Part shown: in pieces, positions 60,417-64,000 of the stretch
Numbering within the stretch: the first letter of the stretch is position 1
How the letters are laid out: the number at the start of each line of letters is the position of its first letter
From: an uncultured Gammaproteobacteria bacterium
GTDB taxonomy: Bacteria > Patescibacteriota > Patescibacteriia > Magasanikbacterales > GWA2-37-8
DNA: 64,000 nt
Assembly (NCBI GenBank): GCA_964510885.1
Contig: CAZEDL010000001.1
Coordinates: 64,684-128,683 of the forward strand
Direction of reading: 5' to 3'
Position numbers and translations under genes: made by a program
The notes under the pieces: generated by a model
Databases searched by the model: none
What the model was told of the DNA's origin: nothing
Seen by the model: the letters and a program-made list of their open reading frames with translations, nothing else

Positions 60417-60725
60417 CTAGGAGAGGCGGCGGCGGAAGATGATAACACCGCCAGCTACGCCGAGAACGAAGAAGAACAAGCCGTGCTCGCCCGAGGTAGC
60501 TGGCCGGGTCACCTGGCAGCCTCCTCCGCTCGGCTGCGCCGGGGCGTCTGGCCTCTTACTTGTTCCATACCCGTCGTCCGGGTCTTGGGCAGTCCGCAGT
60601 TGCCGATCGACAGCGGCATCAGTCGGCCATGCACTCATGTCCAGTGGCTCCGGAGGCAGCCCATCTCCGCAAGCTGTAAGCAGCAGTGCCAACACCGGAA
60701 AATTTAGAGATTTTTGTCGCATCAT
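60417..60725 (-). CDS. small secreted lipoprotein with C-terminal hydrophobic anchor plus RRR tail, high-GC islet 3
   Basis: MMRQKSLNFPVLALLLTACGDG lipobox. SD gaggagg 8 nt upstream. GC above 62%. Ends ...GLFFFVLGVAGGVIIFRRRLS. Confidence 0.4.
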   Translation of the reverse strand: MMRQKSLNFPVLALLLTACGDGLPPEPLDMSAWPTDAAVDRQLRTAQDPDDGYGTSKRPDAPAQPSGGGCQVTRPATSGEHGLFFFVLGVAGGVIIFRRRLS

Positions 60726-60846
60726 TGGCGCACCTCCTCGGCCATCGTGGCCGAGTATGGGCGACATATTAGTGAAATTCATCTAAAAAGTCAATGGTTG
60801 TGGCCATTCCTATTATTAGCTATAATGGCAACGTTATTTATAGCCT

Positions 60847-63762
60847 ATGGCCAACTTAAATCAAGCCCAAAAACAAGCCATTGAATACACTGCTGGCCCG
60901 CTCATGATTGTGGCCGGTGCCGGCACTGGCAAAACCACCGTGATTACCAAAAAAATCGCTTATCTTATCAAGCAAAATTTAGCCACACCCGAACAGATTC
61001 TAGCCCTCACCTTTACCGACAAAGCGGCCGCCGAAATGGGGGAACGCGTCGACCAGTTATTACCCCTTAATTATGTTGAGCTGCAAATTTCAACCTTCCA
61101 CTCCTTCTGCCAGCGCCTGCTCGAACAATACGGCCTCACCATTGGGCTTGGCAACCATTTCAAACTCCTCACCACCATTGATGCCTGGTTATTAGTCCGG
61201 CAAAATTTTGACCGCTTCAAACTTGAGTATTACCGACCACTAGCCAACCCCAATCGCCATATCCACGAACTGATCAAGCATTTTACTAAATGCAAAGACG
61301 AGCTGATTAGCCCCGAAGACTACCTAGCCTATGCCGAAAGTAAACGCCTAGACAGCGGTGACATGAATATCGAAGAACACGATCGTTTGTCAGAATTGGC
61401 CGGGGCGTACCACACCTATAACCAAATCTTGCTCGAAAATAACGTCCTTGATTTTGGCGACTTGATCAAATACACGATTGACCTGTTGCAAACCCGGCCT
61501 GGCATTCTCAAAAAACTGCAGGAACGCTTTAAATATATTCTGGTTGATGAATTCCAAGATGTAAACTGGGCCCAATATTTTTTGGTTAAACTCCTAACTG
61601 GCCCCGAGAATCAATTAACCATCGTGGGTGATGATGATCAAAGTATCTACGCCTTCCGTGGCGCCTCAGTATCAAATATTCTCCGATTCAAAGATGATTT
61701 TCCGCAGGCAAAAGAAATCGTACTTACCGATAACTACCGCTCCGTCCCCGAAGTACTCGATGCTAGTTACAAATTAATCACTGGAAACAACCCAGATCGC
61801 CTAGAAGTAAAACTTGGTATTGATAAAAAACTCCGTGCCGGCCGGAGCGAAAACGGCCAAGTAGCCTATATGCACTATCCGACTGGCGATGCCGAGGTAG
61901 CCGGAGTCCTTGAAAAAATCACCGAATTACGGCAAAACGACCCATCGCTACAGTGGAGTGACTGCGCTATCTTGGTGCGCGCCAATAGCCATGCCGATCC
62001 ATTGGTGGCCGCCTGCGAACGACAGGGCATTCCCTATGAATTTTTAGCCTCGGCTGGCCTTTATCGCCAAGGTATCATTCTCGACTGCCTGAACTTTCTA
62101 AAACTCCTTGATAATCACCACGAAGCCTCTGCAATCTATCGGTTGCTCCGCCTACCGTTTTGGAAATTCAAAGAAAACGACCTCCAAAAAATCACCTTTA
62201 GCGCCAAAAAGAAAAGTATTTCGTATTATGAAACCATCAAACGCGGCCGCGAATTTGGGGTATCCGAAGATGGTCTAGCAATCCTTGATCGCTTGGTAAC
62301 TCTCATTCATGACGGCATGAAAACTGCGCGCGAAGAATATCCCACCGTGGTCTTGCTTGGATTCCTGGAAAAGAGCGGTTATTTCGAGCACCTACGCATA
62401 CAAGGCAATCAAGGAGCCTTGCGTGACATCACCTATCTTAATCAATTTTTAGAACAAATAGAAAAATACGAAACCAGTAACCCAAGCAGCGCCACCGTGG
62501 CCGGATTCCTCAGCCATTACCAGTATCTACTAGAAATGGGCGACGAAGGCTCGCTCACCGGCACCGAACGCCAGAATGACGCCGTGCGCATTATGACGGT
62601 GCACGCGGCCAAAGGCCTAGAATTCAAACATGTTTTTGTCATCAACCTGGTTGAAGATCGCTTCCCCACGCGCCGTCGCGGCGAACCAATTGAAATTCCA
62701 ACCGAATTAATCAAAGAAAACCTGCCGACCGGGGACGCCCATATTCAAGAAGAACGCCGTTTATGCTACGTAGCCATGACTCGCGCTAAAGACGGCCTCT
62801 ACCTATCAAGCGCCGCCTCATATGGCGGTGTCCGCGAAAAAAAGATAAGCCGATTTTTAACCGAACTTGAATATGCAGCCGGTACAGTCGCTAAAAAATC
62901 TGACGACATCGACCTGCCGAGCCCCATCTCAAAAACCAGTCCCGCCACAGCTGAATATGAACTTCCCGATACGTTTTCTTTTTCCCAAATCAAATCCTAT
63001 CAAACCTGTCCCTATCAATATAAATTAGCAAACGTTCTCAAACTTCCCACCCGCAGCAATGCCAGCCTCAGTTTCGGCACCTCACTCCACAGTACCCTGC
63101 AACATTTTTATGAGCGTATCCAAGAATTAAATCGGGCTGAGCAAGTGTCGCTTTTTGCCTTGCCCCAAGCCCCAGCTCCACACACCGGCATCCGCGTACC
63201 ATCACTTGATGAATTGTTAGCGCTGTATGAACACTACTGGATAGGAGATTGGTACGGCGAAAAAACCCAGCGCGAAAAATATTACGCTGATGGTAAAAAA
63301 ATCCTGCAGACATTCTATAAATCGCAGATAGACAACTGGACTATTCCCGTGACGCTCGAAGGTTCATTTAAAATTAGGGTAGGGGAGTACCTGCTGCGCG
63401 GCCGCATCGACCGCATCGACCAATTACCCGATGGTACGCTTGAAATTATTGACTACAAAACCGGTAAACCCAAAGAAAAATTAGTCGGCGATGATAAAGA
63501 ACAACTCTTGATATACCAAGTAGCCGTAAAACAATTGCCGCAATATCAACATATCGGCACCCCCAGCCAACTAACTTTTTATTATCTCAACAATAATTCC
63601 AAACTCTCATTCCTCGGCTCTGATAAAGAAATCGCCGCCCTGCAAGATCGATTGCTCGAAACTATTCTAAAAATCCGTAGCGGCGATTTCACCCCCACCC
63701 CTAGCCAATTCACCTGCCGCTCCTGCGACTTCAAGGAAATTTGCGAATTTAGAATTTTATAA
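60847..63762 (+). CDS. UvrD/PcrA-family helicase fused to a C-terminal PD-(D/E)XK Cas4/AddB-like Fe-S nuclease domain
   Basis: Walker A AGAGTGKTT and helicase motifs through about aa 650. C-terminal GRIDRID...IIDYKTGK and CPYQYK...C..C..C. Confidence 0.85.
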   Translation: MANLNQAQKQAIEYTAGPLMIVAGAGTGKTTVITKKIAYLIKQNLATPEQILALTFTDKAAAEMGERVDQLLPLNYVELQISTFHSFCQRLLEQYGLTIGLGNHFKLLTTIDAWLLVRQNFDRFKLEYYRPLANPNRHIHELIKHFTKCKDELISPEDYLAYAESKRLDSGDMNIEEHDRLSELAGAYHTYNQILLENNVLDFGDLIKYTIDLLQTRPGILKKLQERFKYILVDEFQDVNWAQYFLVKLLTGPENQLTIVGDDDQSIYAFRGASVSNILRFKDDFPQAKEIVLTDNYRSVPEVLDASYKLITGNNPDRLEVKLGIDKKLRAGRSENGQVAYMHYPTGDAEVAGVLEKITELRQNDPSLQWSDCAILVRANSHADPLVAACERQGIPYEFLASAGLYRQGIILDCLNFLKLLDNHHEASAIYRLLRLPFWKFKENDLQKITFSAKKKSISYYETIKRGREFGVSEDGLAILDRLVTLIHDGMKTAREEYPTVVLLGFLEKSGYFEHLRIQGNQGALRDITYLNQFLEQIEKYETSNPSSATVAGFLSHYQYLLEMGDEGSLTGTERQNDAVRIMTVHAAKGLEFKHVFVINLVEDRFPTRRRGEPIEIPTELIKENLPTGDAHIQEERRLCYVAMTRAKDGLYLSSAASYGGVREKKISRFLTELEYAAGTVAKKSDDIDLPSPISKTSPATAEYELPDTFSFSQIKSYQTCPYQYKLANVLKLPTRSNASLSFGTSLHSTLQHFYERIQELNRAEQVSLFALPQAPAPHTGIRVPSLDELLALYEHYWIGDWYGEKTQREKYYADGKKILQTFYKSQIDNWTIPVTLEGSFKIRVGEYLLRGRIDRIDQLPDGTLEIIDYKTGKPKEKLVGDDKEQLLIYQVAVKQLPQYQHIGTPSQLTFYYLNNNSKLSFLGSDKEIAALQDRLLETILKIRSGDFTPTPSQFTCRSCDFKEICEFRIL

Positions 63763-63777
63763 AAATTGTTAGTACTA

Positions 63778-64000
63778 TGAACTGGCGTAATAAAGTCGAG
63801 CACTGGCGCAGAAATATTGATGGAATGAAAAATTATAACGATATAATGGACAATTCAACCATGGCAGAATTTACAGATAAGATTGATCGCTCCCGTCTCA
63901 ATCTAGAAGAACACACAGATATTGAACAGTTAAGCCCAACTCAGAAAGCGTGCTTAGAAAAAATTCATAAATTTATTGCTACTACCACTGAATTATTTAA
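63778..64000 (+). CDS. hypothetical protein, 5' part only (runs off the window)
   Basis: ATG at 63778 opens a frame (MNWRNKVEHWRRNIDGMKNY...) that has no stop before the window ends. Confidence 0.3.

Noticed and set aside
60366-60786. Plus-strand ORFs 60366-60707 and 60439-60786 in high-GC islet 3
   Set aside because: Shadow frames of the minus-strand lipoprotein gene, which has a lipobox signal peptide and a strong SD. They are Arg/Ser/Pro-rich in a nonsense-like way.

Overview
Gene-dense bacterial window with a core GC of roughly 45-50%. Several features (AlaRS without C-terminal domain, RpoA without alpha-CTD, short AtpH, type II glutamine synthetase, many tightly packed hypothetical genes) suggest a reduced genome, possibly Patescibacteria/CPR-like; this is inference only. 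Positions 1-6639 are a markedly AT-rich integrated mobile element whose left end lies outside the window. It carries a terminase small subunit, a Prim-Pol/PriCT/RecA-like primase-helicase and a large serine recombinase whose 3' end overlaps tRNA-Asn(GTT). A palindrome-dense divergent control region lies between the two gene blocks. The gene content (int + pri/rep + terS, no obvious capsid or large terminase) resembles a phage-satellite (PICI/P4-like) element rather than a full prophage. The rest is mostly housekeeping: thiE, MFS transporter, ribA-ribD-nitroreductase, a pentose-phosphate cluster (tkt, an unusual fused zwf::gnd 790-aa gene, pgl), GSII, dus, mnmA, truncated alaS, infA-rpmJ-rpsM-rpsK-rpsD-rpoA-rplQ-rplM-rpsI, iscS, rsmI, metG, tatD, a P-type ATPase, an F1Fo ATP synthase operon interrupted by three non-ATPase ORFs, an ABC exporter, a PNP/MTAN-like gene coupled to rlmN, and a UvrD-like helicase fused to a Cas4-like Fe-S nuclease. 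Accessory signals are: an AT-rich small-acidic-ORF/PIN/nucleotidyltransferase islet; a family of nested palindromic MITE-like hairpin repeats (GTCATTC...GAATCC) at four intergenic sites; three anomalously high-GC (~60-65%) islets encoding small secreted or unknown proteins, each bounded by hairpins; and a Tyr-rich secreted protein. No rRNA or CRISPR array was seen.
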